DNA from: Polyangiales bacterium | GTDB lineage: Bacteria; Myxococcota_A; Polyangia; Polyangiales; Polyangiaceae | NCBI GenBank assembly: GCA_038231275.1 | Contig: JBBRLQ010000001.1 | Location: 64,001-128,000 of the forward strand | Reading direction: 5' to 3' | DNA: 64,000 bases | In this document: piece by piece, positions 20,051-29,973 of the stretch | How the letters are laid out: the number at the start of each line of letters is the position of its first letter | How positions within the stretch are numbered: position 1 is the stretch's first letter | Translations under genes and position numbers: made by a program | Notes under the pieces: generated by a model | What the model was told of the DNA's origin: nothing | What the model saw: only the letters and a program-made list of their open reading frames with translations | The model's database searches: none

Positions 20051-21246
20051 GCCTCGGCGCGCCTACTCGGACGCGGAGAGTCGCGAATGCGTTCGCGCTC
20101 GTGCTCGTGCTGGCGGGGTGCGGCGGCAGCAAGAAAGGTCCGACGCAAGGGCCGCAGACGACGACGGCGCTCCCTCCGGCGAACCCGCTCGCCGTCGCGA
20201 AGATGGTGCAAGGCGTCGTGGCGTCGCGCGATGCGGCCGGACGCCCGCGCGCGATCGCGCTGCTGAAAGAAGCCGTTCAGATCGATCCGTCGCTGTGGGA
20301 GGCGAAGTTCGATCTCGGCGTCGTGCTCGCGGGCGCGGGAGATCTCGCAGGCGCCGAGGATCAACTCAAGGCGGCGTCGAAGCTCGCGAAGGACGCGCCC
20401 GAGGTGGCGACCGCGCTCGCGGAGGTGCGACGAAGGCGCGGCGAGCACAAAGACGCCGCCGATGGGCTCGAAGAGTTCGTGAAGGATCACCCGAACGCCG
20501 TCGACGCGAGAACGCTCTACGCGGCGAGCTTGCGTGACTCCGGACAGCTCGAGAAGGCGATCAAAGAAGCGCGCGAGGTGCTCGTACGAAAGCCCGGCGA
20601 TGCGTCGGCCCTCGCCGAGCTCGCGCTGTGCCACCTCGCGAAGGGAGAGCGCGACACCGCGGCGCTGCTCGCGCGTCAGGCGCTCGACGCGAACCCGAGC
20701 TCCGCCGTCGCGGAACGCGCGACGGGTCTGATCTTGCTCCAGCAAGGCGACGACGCGCAGGCGTTCCAGGCCTTCTCGAAGGCGTCGCAAGCGGATCCGC
20801 GCGACACGACGGCGCGCCTCAACATGGGGACGGTGCTCCTGCGCGCCGGCGCGTACGCGAAGGCGAGCGAGCAGTTCCGCGCGATCCTCCAGGTGTCGCC
20901 CGAGGACACGAGCGCGCAGGTGGGTCTCGCGGCGGCGCTGCGCGGCGAGGCCGAGCCGAAGACCGGCGCCGCGAAGCTCGAAGAGGCACGGCAGCTGCTC
21001 GACAAGGTGCTCGACAAGGATCCTCACCACGTGAGCGCGCTCTTCAACTCGGGCGTCCTGTACGCGGATTTCTTGAAGAAGCCGGGCGAGGCAAAGACGT
21101 ACTTCTCGCGCTTCCTGTCGGACGCACCGAACGATCATCCCGCGCGCCCCGAGGCGGAGCGCTACATGAGCATGGTGAGCGCCGCGGCGAGCGCAAAGGC
21201 AGACAGGCCGGACAAGCCGGACAAGCCGGACGGGAAGAAGCCATGA
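20047..21246 (+). CDS. TPR lipoprotein, GltE(AglT)/NfsE-like
   Basis: LAGC lipobox, tandem TPRs and ALFNSGVLY; ATGA overlap. Confidence 0.78.
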   Translation: MSLGAPTRTRRVANAFALVLVLAGCGGSKKGPTQGPQTTTALPPANPLAVAKMVQGVVASRDAAGRPRAIALLKEAVQIDPSLWEAKFDLGVVLAGAGDLAGAEDQLKAASKLAKDAPEVATALAEVRRRRGEHKDAADGLEEFVKDHPNAVDARTLYAASLRDSGQLEKAIKEAREVLVRKPGDASALAELALCHLAKGERDTAALLARQALDANPSSAVAERATGLILLQQGDDAQAFQAFSKASQADPRDTTARLNMGTVLLRAGAYAKASEQFRAILQVSPEDTSAQVGLAAALRGEAEPKTGAAKLEEARQLLDKVLDKDPHHVSALFNSGVLYADFLKKPGEAKTYFSRFLSDAPNDHPARPEAERYMSMVSAAASAKADRPDKPDKPDGKKP

Positions 21247-21677
21247 TCCGGAAGAGCCGCGTCGCACTCTTCGTCGTCCTCGCCGGCCTGAGCGCCAGCG
21301 TGTGCGGTCTCTCGACGCTCGCGTCCGCGCAGCCCAAGCGCAAGCCGCCCGCGGGCGCGACGAAGAAGCCGACGAAGGACGCGGGCGTGGAGGCCGACCT
21401 CGACGCGTCAGCGCCGATCACTGCGCGCGCGGAGAGCACAGCGGCGGGACAGGCCGCGAACGCGCGGGAGAAGGACTCCGGCATCGTCGAGGCGCGCACG
21501 CTCGACGGCGGCGCGCGCGTCTTCCGATTCGGCGAGGTCGAGATCGAAGGCCGCCTACGGAGCCCTCAGCTCGTCTACTTCCTGCGACGTGTGCGCGCAG
21601 AGTTCGCCGCGGGAGATCTCGGCCACCGTACGTTCATGCGGGAACTTTCCGATACCAGGAGAGATCCAAGCTTCTGA
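21243..21677 (+). CDS. Small secreted protein, GltF(CglF)/NfsF-like
   Basis: Signal peptide; C-terminal FRFGEVEIEGRLRSPQLVYFLRR resembles the GltF-type F..xIEG...P motif; position matches. Confidence 0.65.
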   Translation: MIRKSRVALFVVLAGLSASVCGLSTLASAQPKRKPPAGATKKPTKDAGVEADLDASAPITARAESTAAGQAANAREKDSGIVEARTLDGGARVFRFGEVEIEGRLRSPQLVYFLRRVRAEFAAGDLGHRTFMRELSDTRRDPSF

Positions 21678-21708
21678 GTCGCCGCGTTCGGCTACACTCG
21701 GAGGAGCC

Positions 21709-23124
21709 ATGGCCGCTGCCGTATCGCTGGTGCGCCCCCAGAATTTGCGTGTCGCCGCTGTGTGGGGCACCACGGTCGTCGCCCTCAAGACGCTGAAGCG
21801 CGGCGAGTCGTTCGCGCTCGGCGACGGCCCCGGCGCGGTCTTGCCGCTGCCCGACGGGCTCGAGATGACGCCGACGCCGGTCCGCGCGGCGCAAGGCGGT
21901 TGGGAGCTCGACCCGCGCGGCGCGATCGCCGGGATGATGCGCCTGCGCGGCCGCTCCGAGGACCCCGTCCAGCTCGCGAAGGCCGGGCAGCCGATCGCCG
22001 TGATGCCGGGCGATTACGGCCTCATGCAGTACGGCCTCTTCTCGGTCTTCTTCCAGTACACGACGCCGGCCGACGAGATCAAAAGCGCGTTCGGCATCGA
22101 GCTGCTCACCGTCCTCGCGCTCTTCTCGAGCGCGGTGTTCCACGTCGGAATGCTCGGCATGCTGCGCACACTGATGACGCCGCCGCCGCTCAATAAGCCC
22201 CTCGAGCTCACGAACCCCGACGAGTACGCGGCGCGCTTCGGTCTGCATCGCGCGACGATCGAAGAGCCGCCGCCGCCGACCGCACAAGCCGACGACAAGG
22301 GCGGCAGCGGCGTGAAGGATCCCGGCGCGCAGGACAAGAAGCCGCAAGGCGGCGGGCAGAAGATGCCGGATCCCGCGGGAAAGCTCGGCCTCAAAGGGGA
22401 TCAGAAGGACACGCAGCTCCCCGGTGACATTCGCCCGGCCGCGAAGCTCGGTGGCCTCTCCGACGTCCTCAACGACGAGACCGGCGAAGAGATCCGTCAC
22501 ACGCTCAAGACGATCGACAGCGTGGCGAGCGCGCTCAGCGGCCTCAACAGCCAGAACCTCGTCCTCGGCGGCGGGCCGGGCACCGCGCTCAAAGGAGCGG
22601 GCGGCGGCGGCGGCGGAAACACCAACGGCGTCGCGTTCGGCTCGGGCACGCTCAACACCGGATGGGGCCCTGGAAACGGCGGAGGCTACGGCGCCGGCAA
22701 CGGCGGACCGGGCGGGCGCGGACAAGGCGGCGCAGGTGGTGGCGGCGCGGGTGGCGGCGGCGGCGTGGGGAACGGCAAGGGTCCCGGCGAGCGCGCGGTC
22801 GGAGTCGCCGCGGCCCCAGGGCGATCGTCGGGCGGACTCTCGCCCGAGCAAGTGCGGCGCGTCGTGATGAGCCACCTCGGCGGCGTGCGCGCCTGCTACG
22901 AGACCGAAGCGCAGCGGAACCCCAACTTGTCCGGCGGCGTCACCGTCGCGTGGCAGATCGATCCGGGCGGCGGCGTCTCGAGCGCCAACGTCGCGTCGAC
23001 CACGCTGAGCAACGCGCGCGTCGAGGGCTGCCTCCTCCGCCAGGTGCGCGGCTGGAAATTCCCGACAAGCGAGACACCGACGACCGTGGCCGGCTATCCG
23101 TTCAAGTTCGCCGTCGGCGGCTGA
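21709..23124 (+). CDS. GltG/NfsG-like protein with AgmX/PglI (TonB-C-like) C-terminal domain
   Basis: TonB-like TM SAVFH, Gly-rich linker and VRACYETEAQRNPNLSGGV...WKFP...YPFKF; GGAGGAG RBS. Confidence 0.82.
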   Translation: MAAAVSLVRPQNLRVAAVWGTTVVALKTLKRGESFALGDGPGAVLPLPDGLEMTPTPVRAAQGGWELDPRGAIAGMMRLRGRSEDPVQLAKAGQPIAVMPGDYGLMQYGLFSVFFQYTTPADEIKSAFGIELLTVLALFSSAVFHVGMLGMLRTLMTPPPLNKPLELTNPDEYAARFGLHRATIEEPPPPTAQADDKGGSGVKDPGAQDKKPQGGGQKMPDPAGKLGLKGDQKDTQLPGDIRPAAKLGGLSDVLNDETGEEIRHTLKTIDSVASALSGLNSQNLVLGGGPGTALKGAGGGGGGNTNGVAFGSGTLNTGWGPGNGGGYGAGNGGPGGRGQGGAGGGGAGGGGGVGNGKGPGERAVGVAAAPGRSSGGLSPEQVRRVVMSHLGGVRACYETEAQRNPNLSGGVTVAWQIDPGGGVSSANVASTTLSNARVEGCLLRQVRGWKFPTSETPTTVAGYPFKFAVGG

Positions 23125-23173
23125 CCGTAGGCTGACCGTAGCGGCGGGGCGACGGCGAAGGTACCGTCGCCGG

Positions 23174-25471
23174 ATGAGGAGCCTCGTCCCCTTCGCCATG
23201 GCGCTCGCCCTCGCGGCGTGCGCAGAGAGCCCTGCGCCTCCGCCCGCGGGTCCGAATCGACCGCTCCTTCGCGTGCTCGCCGGCGACGCGAAGACGAATG
23301 CGCCGAGCGACGCGGCAGGCGGGGCGATCGCGCCTGCGCCTCCCAAGGTCGATCGCGAGTTCGTGCGTCGCCTCGCGCTCACGAAGAATTTCCAGCTCGG
23401 CAACCCCGTCAACGCGACGCCGACGCCCGACGGCAAATCGGTCCTCTTTCTCCGCGCCACGGCGCGCGACAAGTCGCAGTCGCTCTACGAGATCGACGTC
23501 GCCAAGGGCCGCTCGAAGGAGCTGCTCACGCCTGCCGCGGTCGCCAAGGGACCCGAGACGCTCTCTGCCGAAGAGCGCGCGCGGCGCGAGCGAATGCGCG
23601 TAACGACCTCCGGCTTCACGTCGTTCGAGATCTCGAAGGACGGGGCGCGCGTCCTCGTCACGCTGAGCGGCAAGCTCTTCGTCCTCACGCGCGCGACCGG
23701 CGCCGTGAAGGAGCTCAAGACCGGCGAAGGCGCCGCGATCGATCCGCACCTGTCACCCGACGGCAAGCGCGTCGCGTACGTGCGCGGCGCCGACGTCTTC
23801 GCGGTGAGCACGGAGGACGATCGTCCCGAGATCGCCGTCACCAAGGGCGGCACCGCGACACGCACGCACGGCCTCGCCGAGTTCGTCGCGCAAGAAGAGC
23901 TGGAGAGGTTCCGCGGCTTCTGGTGGTCCCCCGACGGCTCCAAGATCGTCTACGAAGAGGCCGACACGTCGAAGGTCGACGCGATCGCGATCCCCGACGT
24001 TCTCCACCCCGACCGGGACGTCGAGCGCACGCGCTACCCTAGGCCCGGTCGCCCCAACGCCGACGTGCGCCTCGGCATCGTCGCGTCGACCGGCGGCGCG
24101 ACGCAATGGATCACGTGGGATCGCGAGAAGCTCCCGTACGTCGCCACGGTGACCTGGGAGAAATCGCAGCTCGCCGTGTACGCGCTGGGACGTGCGCAGA
24201 AGGACGCTGCGCTCCTCGCCGTCCATCCGAAGAGCGGCAAGACGACGGCCCTGCTGACGGAGCACGACGAGGCGTGGGTCAACGTGGATCCGAGCGTGCC
24301 GCACTTCCTGCCGGACGGCCGCTTCCTCTGGTCCACCGAGCGCGGCGGCGACTGGGCCCTCGAGCTGCGCGGCGCGAAGGGCGAAGCCGGGACGACGCTC
24401 TTCGCGAAGGGCTACCGCGAGCTGGTCGACGTCGACGACGCGCGCGGTCGCGTGAGCGTCGTCATCGGCGACGAGCCGCAGCAGTCACGCGTGGATAGCA
24501 TCGCGCTCACCGGCGGTCCGACGCGCCTCGTCATCGAGCTGCCGGACGGCACGGTCGGCGCGCGCTTCGGCGATCAGCACGACGTGTTCGTCTCGCGAAC
24601 GACCTGGCGCAACGCGCCGCCGCGCTGGTACGTGCACGATCTCGAGGGGAAGAACCCCGTCTCGATCCCGACCGTCGCCGAGGATCCCGGCGTCGTCCCA
24701 CAGCCCGAGGTCGTCGCGGTCGGCCCCGACGGCGTGCGCGTCGCGATCCTCCGTCCGCAGACGTTCGACAAGTCGCGAAAGTACCCGGTGCTCGATGCCG
24801 CGTACGGCGGACCGCACCACAACCAGGTCGCGCTCTCGTCGTCGGGCTACCTTCGCGATCAATGGATCGCCGACGCCACCGGCGCGATCGTCGTCCTCAT
24901 CGACGCGCGCGGCACGATGTTCCGCGGCCGCGCGTGGGAGCGCGCGCTCAAAGACCAGATCGGGCACGTGCCGCTCGACGGCCACGTCGCGACGCTCGAG
25001 GCGCTCGGCAAGCGGTTCCCCGAGATGGACATGACGCGCGTGGGAATCTACGGCGGCTCCTTCGGCGGCTACCTCTCGGCGCTCGGCGTGCTGGCGCGTC
25101 CCGACGTGTACAAGGTCGCCGTCGCCATCGCCCCTGTCGTCGACTGGCGCGACTACGACACCTGCTACACGGAGCGGTACCTCGGTCTCCCCGACGCGAA
25201 CAAGGAGGCCTACGACGCCGCCTCGCTCCTCACCTACGCGACGCCGAAGAAGGACGCGCCGATCCGCCCGCTCCTCCTCGTCCACGGCACCGCCGACGAC
25301 AACGTGCACTATACACACAGCATGAAGCTCGTCGATGCGATGGAGCGCGTGGGAAGGCCCTTCGAGCTGCTCCCGCTCGTCGGCATCACGCACCTCCCCT
25401 ACGAGCCGGTCATGGCCGAAGCGCTGTGGACGAAGGCCGCCGAGTTCTTGCGCGCCGGCCTCGTCCGCTGA
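23174..25471 (+). CDS. S9B dipeptidyl peptidase IV family lipoprotein
   Basis: LAAC lipobox, EFVAQEEL, WWSPDG, GGSFGG nucleophile and HGTADDNVH. Confidence 0.92.
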   Translation: MRSLVPFAMALALAACAESPAPPPAGPNRPLLRVLAGDAKTNAPSDAAGGAIAPAPPKVDREFVRRLALTKNFQLGNPVNATPTPDGKSVLFLRATARDKSQSLYEIDVAKGRSKELLTPAAVAKGPETLSAEERARRERMRVTTSGFTSFEISKDGARVLVTLSGKLFVLTRATGAVKELKTGEGAAIDPHLSPDGKRVAYVRGADVFAVSTEDDRPEIAVTKGGTATRTHGLAEFVAQEELERFRGFWWSPDGSKIVYEEADTSKVDAIAIPDVLHPDRDVERTRYPRPGRPNADVRLGIVASTGGATQWITWDREKLPYVATVTWEKSQLAVYALGRAQKDAALLAVHPKSGKTTALLTEHDEAWVNVDPSVPHFLPDGRFLWSTERGGDWALELRGAKGEAGTTLFAKGYRELVDVDDARGRVSVVIGDEPQQSRVDSIALTGGPTRLVIELPDGTVGARFGDQHDVFVSRTTWRNAPPRWYVHDLEGKNPVSIPTVAEDPGVVPQPEVVAVGPDGVRVAILRPQTFDKSRKYPVLDAAYGGPHHNQVALSSSGYLRDQWIADATGAIVVLIDARGTMFRGRAWERALKDQIGHVPLDGHVATLEALGKRFPEMDMTRVGIYGGSFGGYLSALGVLARPDVYKVAVAIAPVVDWRDYDTCYTERYLGLPDANKEAYDAASLLTYATPKKDAPIRPLLLVHGTADDNVHYTHSMKLVDAMERVGRPFELLPLVGITHLPYEPVMAEALWTKAAEFLRAGLVR

Positions 25472-25497
25472 TCCGCTGATCCGCTTGCTCTGGAGCG

Positions 25498-27057
25498 CTA
25501 CTTCTTCGTCGCGCCGGACGCCGCCGCGCACTTGCCGCTCGCGGGGCGCGACTCGTCGGCGCACATCTTCCCGCAGTTGTTGGTGACGGAGTCGACGAGC
25601 TCGTCCTCCGCGCAGTCGTCGTCGGTGATCTCGGACGGCTTGGCGCCGCCCTCGTCGAGCTTCACCTTGTAGGCGTATTTCAGCCATTTCTTGACCGACG
25701 CCTCGGTGATCCACGCGTACCCGTGGTCGGCCCACGACTCGCCCCAGCTGTTGTGGACGAGGAACTGGTGCGTGCCGTCGGGCATCTTGCGGTAGCCCGA
25801 CATCGTGATCGCGTGGCCGCCCTCGGGCGAGTCCCACTCGGGGATGACGCCGTCTTTGATCGAGCGGCCCATCCACGTCGAACCGACGTACATGGCGAAC
25901 CAGAGATCGGTCCCGCTGGCGAGCACCGACTTGAACTCGTCGAGGTTCAGCGGCGACGTGACGAGCTTCTCGACGGAGATGATCTTTTGGATCCCCTCGC
26001 CCTCGGCCTTCGCGAGCTTCGCTTGGAGCGCGGAGTCGCTCTTCGCCGAGTTCGGGCGCACGTGGTAGCTGTCGCCGCAGTCGTCGTTGGGATCGGTGGA
26101 GAACTGGCACGCCTCTTTGCCGCTGTACGGCCACGACTCGAACGACGTGATGGGCTTATTGAGGTTTGCGTCGCCGGCGAGGCTCATGCTCGGCACGCCG
26201 TAGTGCGCCCAGATGTGCGCGGGCGACACGACGTCGCTCTTGCCGGCGCGGCGGATCGCGTTGTCGACCGTCGACGACAGCGAGAACGCGGTGCACGAGC
26301 CGACGTAGCCCTGGTTCTTGATGGGCCCTTCTACGTTGGTCGTGCGGTGGTCGACGACGTCGGGGAAATCGCTGCCGCCGCTGTCGCTCGGGCTGACGAC
26401 GCCGGCGCCGGTCCTGAGCGCGCCCGTGGCGCGGTGCGCGCTCGAGAAGCGGGGGCGCGCCCTGTTGGGGTTCGGAGCCATTCCGGTCTGGCGCCCCGTC
26501 GGCGCGGAGAAGACACGCGTCTTCTTGGCCGACCAGTGCGGGCGTGCCGACGTGATCGGCTGGTACATGTGGCAATCGATGCGGACCCAGTTGCCGGGCG
26601 AGACCTCGACCGGGCCGCAGAGCTTGGGCTGACGCGCGCGCGCCTGCTGCATGAAGGCGACGTTGACCGGATCGGCCTTGGAGAACATGCCAGGGTTGAT
26701 GTGCTGGACCTGCTTGGTCGCGATCGCGGGCGCCGCCGACGCCGTCGTGTCGACCGGGCGCGCGTTGGCGGCAGGTAGGGCGGTGTGACCGCCGCCGGTC
26801 GCGGGCTGCGCGGGGGTCGGCGCAACAGCGGCGTGCGTGCCACCGAACGCCGACGGGTGGATGGCGGCCGGCGCTGCGGCCACCGGCTGTGCTGCCGCTG
26901 GCTGAGGAGCAGGCGGAGGCGCGGGCGCAGGCGCAGGGGCCGGGGCAGGCGAGCTCGCCACGTTCGGCGAAGGAGGCGGCGACGCGTCCCCCACGTGGAC
27001 GGCACACGCCGAGACGATCGCGCCTAGCGCCACAAGTGAACCGCCACGAAGTTTCAT
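25498..27057 (-). CDS. C1 (papain-like) cysteine peptidase lipoprotein
   Basis: VSAC lipobox; NQGYVGSCTAF (Q, C), GGHAI (H) and HNSWG (N); GGAGGAG RBS. Confidence 0.88.
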   Translation of the reverse strand: MKLRGGSLVALGAIVSACAVHVGDASPPPSPNVASSPAPAPAPAPAPPPAPQPAAAQPVAAAPAAIHPSAFGGTHAAVAPTPAQPATGGGHTALPAANARPVDTTASAAPAIATKQVQHINPGMFSKADPVNVAFMQQARARQPKLCGPVEVSPGNWVRIDCHMYQPITSARPHWSAKKTRVFSAPTGRQTGMAPNPNRARPRFSSAHRATGALRTGAGVVSPSDSGGSDFPDVVDHRTTNVEGPIKNQGYVGSCTAFSLSSTVDNAIRRAGKSDVVSPAHIWAHYGVPSMSLAGDANLNKPITSFESWPYSGKEACQFSTDPNDDCGDSYHVRPNSAKSDSALQAKLAKAEGEGIQKIISVEKLVTSPLNLDEFKSVLASGTDLWFAMYVGSTWMGRSIKDGVIPEWDSPEGGHAITMSGYRKMPDGTHQFLVHNSWGESWADHGYAWITEASVKKWLKYAYKVKLDEGGAKPSEITDDDCAEDELVDSVTNNCGKMCADESRPASGKCAAASGATKK

Positions 27058-27164
27058 CGAGCTCCTCCGCATTCGCGTTCGACGCGCGCGCCGCGCGTGT
27101 TATTCGGGACCTTCCACTCTAGACGGGAAATGAGTCGGAGTGGGCGGCTGGAAATTCGAGAGAA

Positions 27165-28217
27165 ATGCCTAGTCATTCCCGGAAGATTGCCCACTTTCCG
27201 AGCCCACCGCGCCTGCGACGCGGTGCGGACGCGGCGAGGCCTGTGCGCGTTGCGGTGGTCGGTGTCGGCGAGATGGGGCGCCGGCACGTTCGTGTCCTCG
27301 CGGAGCACGACGGGTTCGAGATCGTCGGCGTGGTCGACGCGTCGGCGGCGGTGGCGACGGCGGTGGCACGGGATTTCGGCGTCGCGCGCCTCGCCGACGA
27401 AGCCGAGGCGATCGCGCGCGCAGAGCTGGTGGTCGTGGCGACGCCGATCGCCGCGCACCGCGCAGGTGTGGAGGCCGCGCTCGATGCCGGTCGGCACGTC
27501 CTCGTCGAGAAGCCCATCTGCGCGACGCTCGCGGACGCCGAGCGCCTGGTCGCCCTCGCGCGCCTGCGCGGCGTGAAGCTCTTCGTCGGGCACTCCGAGC
27601 GCTTCAACCCCGTCGTGCGCGCGCTCTCGCTGCGTGTCCCGCCGGCGTGCGTTCACGCGCTCGAGCTCTGGCGCGAAGGGCCGCCGCGCAGCGTTCGACG
27701 GACCGACGCGCACGCGGGCGAGGGCGTCCTCGTGAACCTGGGCGTCCACGACATCGATCTGGTGGCGCTCCTCGGCGGCGGCCCCGCAACGCTACGCCGC
27801 GCCGAAGGGAACGACGCGCGCGCGATGTTGACGCTTCAGTCTCAGGCCGGCGCGATCGCGCGCGTCCGCCTCGATCGGAACGCGCCCGTACGAAAGCGCG
27901 CGCTCACGTTGACGACCGCGGACGACGTCTACGAGGGCGATCTGCTGGCGCCGCGCCTCGTGGTTACGCCACGCAAGGGGGGCCTCTCGGTGGAGATCCC
28001 GCTCGATTCATGCGAGCCGCTCCTCGCGCAGGCCCGCGCCGTCCATGACGCCCTCCACGATGCCGCCAACGACACGTCGGCGGCGGTGGCGACAGGCCTG
28101 GACGGGGCGCGGGCCTTGGCGATCGCCGAGCGTGCTGCGCGTCTTACGACGGGTGCTCCGGAGCCGGCGCCGCTCGCCGTATCCGCGGGCAAAGGGGCCC
28201 TGGCCGAAAAGTTGTAG
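27165..28217 (+). CDS. Gfo/Idh/MocA family oxidoreductase
   Basis: VVGVGEMGRRH, HVLVEKP, GHSERFNP and GVHDID; start uncertain. Confidence 0.88.
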   Translation: MPSHSRKIAHFPSPPRLRRGADAARPVRVAVVGVGEMGRRHVRVLAEHDGFEIVGVVDASAAVATAVARDFGVARLADEAEAIARAELVVVATPIAAHRAGVEAALDAGRHVLVEKPICATLADAERLVALARLRGVKLFVGHSERFNPVVRALSLRVPPACVHALELWREGPPRSVRRTDAHAGEGVLVNLGVHDIDLVALLGGGPATLRRAEGNDARAMLTLQSQAGAIARVRLDRNAPVRKRALTLTTADDVYEGDLLAPRLVVTPRKGGLSVEIPLDSCEPLLAQARAVHDALHDAANDTSAAVATGLDGARALAIAERAARLTTGAPEPAPLAVSAGKGALAEKL

Positions 28218-28248
28218 GTGCCACGGGCGAGCTGTTACCCGCTGATGT

Positions 28249-29070
28249 ATGCCGGGATCCGACGACGACGAGCTCCGCCGCCACGAAGGCGACCGCGACC
28301 GCCCCTTCCGTCCGCTCCTTCGTGGGGGTCCTCGCTTCGCGCGCGACGCGGCACAGCGGCCGATCCTCATGTTCGAGGACGTCTACAAGTCGTACCGCCC
28401 CGGCGCGCCCGTCCTCCGCGGGATGAACCTCATCATCGAGCGCGGCGAGTTCGTCTTCATCACGGGCCCTAGCGGCTCGGGAAAGTCGACGCTCCTTCGC
28501 CTCCTCTACCGCGCCGAGACGGTGGACCAGGGCCGCATCCTCTTCATGGGACGCGACGTGGCCCGCCTCACCGACAGCAGCGTGCCCTTCTTGCGGCGCA
28601 ACCTCGGGACGGTGTTCCAGGACTTCAAGCTGGTCACGGCGTGGAGCGTCTTCGAGAACGTCGCGATCACGCTGGAGGTCCTGGGCTTGCCTGCGCGCCT
28701 CATTCGCTCGCGTGTCGGCGAAGCGCTCGAGCGCGTCGGCCTGCAAGGGCGCGGAGAGGATCCGGCAGGCGTCTTGTCGGGCGGCGAGCAGCAGCGCGTC
28801 GCCATCGCGCGCGCGATCGTCGGCGAGCCGGCGCTCATCCTCGCGGACGAGCCGACCGGGAACCTCGACCCACAGCTGGCCCTCGACATCCTCGGTTTGT
28901 TCGAGGAAATCCACGAAAACGGCACCACCGTCCTCTTCGCGACGCACGATCGCTCGCTGCTCGAAGTGCGCGCGCGGAGGCTCATCGTCCTCGACGACGG
29001 CAAAGCGATGGATGTGCCCACCGGCGTCAGCCATACCGACGACCACTACGACAACGAGCTGCCCCTCTAG
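28249..29070 (+). CDS. ftsE: Cell division ATP-binding protein FtsE
   Basis: GPSGSGKST, VFQDFKL, LSGGEQQRVAIARA, ADEPTGNLD and ATHD; followed by ftsX. Confidence 0.92.
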   Translation: MPGSDDDELRRHEGDRDRPFRPLLRGGPRFARDAAQRPILMFEDVYKSYRPGAPVLRGMNLIIERGEFVFITGPSGSGKSTLLRLLYRAETVDQGRILFMGRDVARLTDSSVPFLRRNLGTVFQDFKLVTAWSVFENVAITLEVLGLPARLIRSRVGEALERVGLQGRGEDPAGVLSGGEQQRVAIARAIVGEPALILADEPTGNLDPQLALDILGLFEEIHENGTTVLFATHDRSLLEVRARRLIVLDDGKAMDVPTGVSHTDDHYDNELPL

Positions 29071-29082
29071 GAGACTGCATTC

Positions 29083-29973
29083 ATGCTGGACGGTTCGATC
29101 GGGATCACCCGCCGCGCGCGGCGCGGAATGCTTCGTGAGTGGCGCCTGCACGCGCTCTCGATCTTCTCCCTCGCGGTCGCGTTCGTGTGCCTCGGCGCGG
29201 CGCTCCTCGTCGTGACCAACCTCCGGTCGATCGAGGATCGGTGGGCGAAAGCCGGCCGCGCGTCGATCTACCTGAAGGAGAGCGCGACGCAGCAGGACAT
29301 CGAGACGTTCAAGGTCGCGCTCTCGGCGGTGCCGGGCGTCCTGAAGGTCCGCTACGTGTCGAGCGGCGAGGCGCGCACGCAATTCGGGCTCGTCGAGATG
29401 GACGCGAAGAGCGAGCTCGCGGGCCTGCCGGTCGAGGCGTTTCCCGCGTCGATCGAAGTCGAGGTGAAGCAGGAGATGACGGAGGCCGAGATGGCCGACA
29501 TCGTCGCCAAGATCAAGATGCTCCCGAGCGTCGAGGACGTGGAGACGTACCAGGCGTGGACCGATCGCCTCTCGCGCCTCGTTCGCGGCGGCGTCGCGGC
29601 GTCTGCCCTCCTCGCGCTCGTGGTGTTCGCGTCGGTGCTCGCGGTCGTCGGCTCGACGATTCGCTTGGCGCTCCAGCGCCGCAAGACCGAGGTCGAGGTC
29701 CTCAAGCTCGTCGGCGCGACCGACCGTTTCGTGAAAGGACCGTTCCTCCTCGAGGGGAGCGCGCAGGGCGGGCTCGGCGCGATCGGCGCGGTGGCGCTCC
29801 TCGCGGCGCTGTTCTTGGTCGTTCGTGGTCGCCTCGACGGTGAGCTCGCGGGTCTGGTTGGTGTGGAGCCGTCGTTCCTGCCGCTCGAGGTCGTCGCCGC
29901 GATGATCGGCGTGGGCGCGCTCCTCGGCATGACCGCTGCGGCGCTCGGCCTGCGAAAGCTCGTGTCGGTATGA
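29083..29973 (+). CDS. ftsX: Cell division permease FtsX
   Basis: 4 TM; TIRLAL..RKTEVEVLKLVGATDRFVKGPFLLEG. Confidence 0.92.
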   Translation: MLDGSIGITRRARRGMLREWRLHALSIFSLAVAFVCLGAALLVVTNLRSIEDRWAKAGRASIYLKESATQQDIETFKVALSAVPGVLKVRYVSSGEARTQFGLVEMDAKSELAGLPVEAFPASIEVEVKQEMTEAEMADIVAKIKMLPSVEDVETYQAWTDRLSRLVRGGVAASALLALVVFASVLAVVGSTIRLALQRRKTEVEVLKLVGATDRFVKGPFLLEGSAQGGLGAIGAVALLAALFLVVRGRLDGELAGLVGVEPSFLPLEVVAAMIGVGALLGMTAAALGLRKLVSV

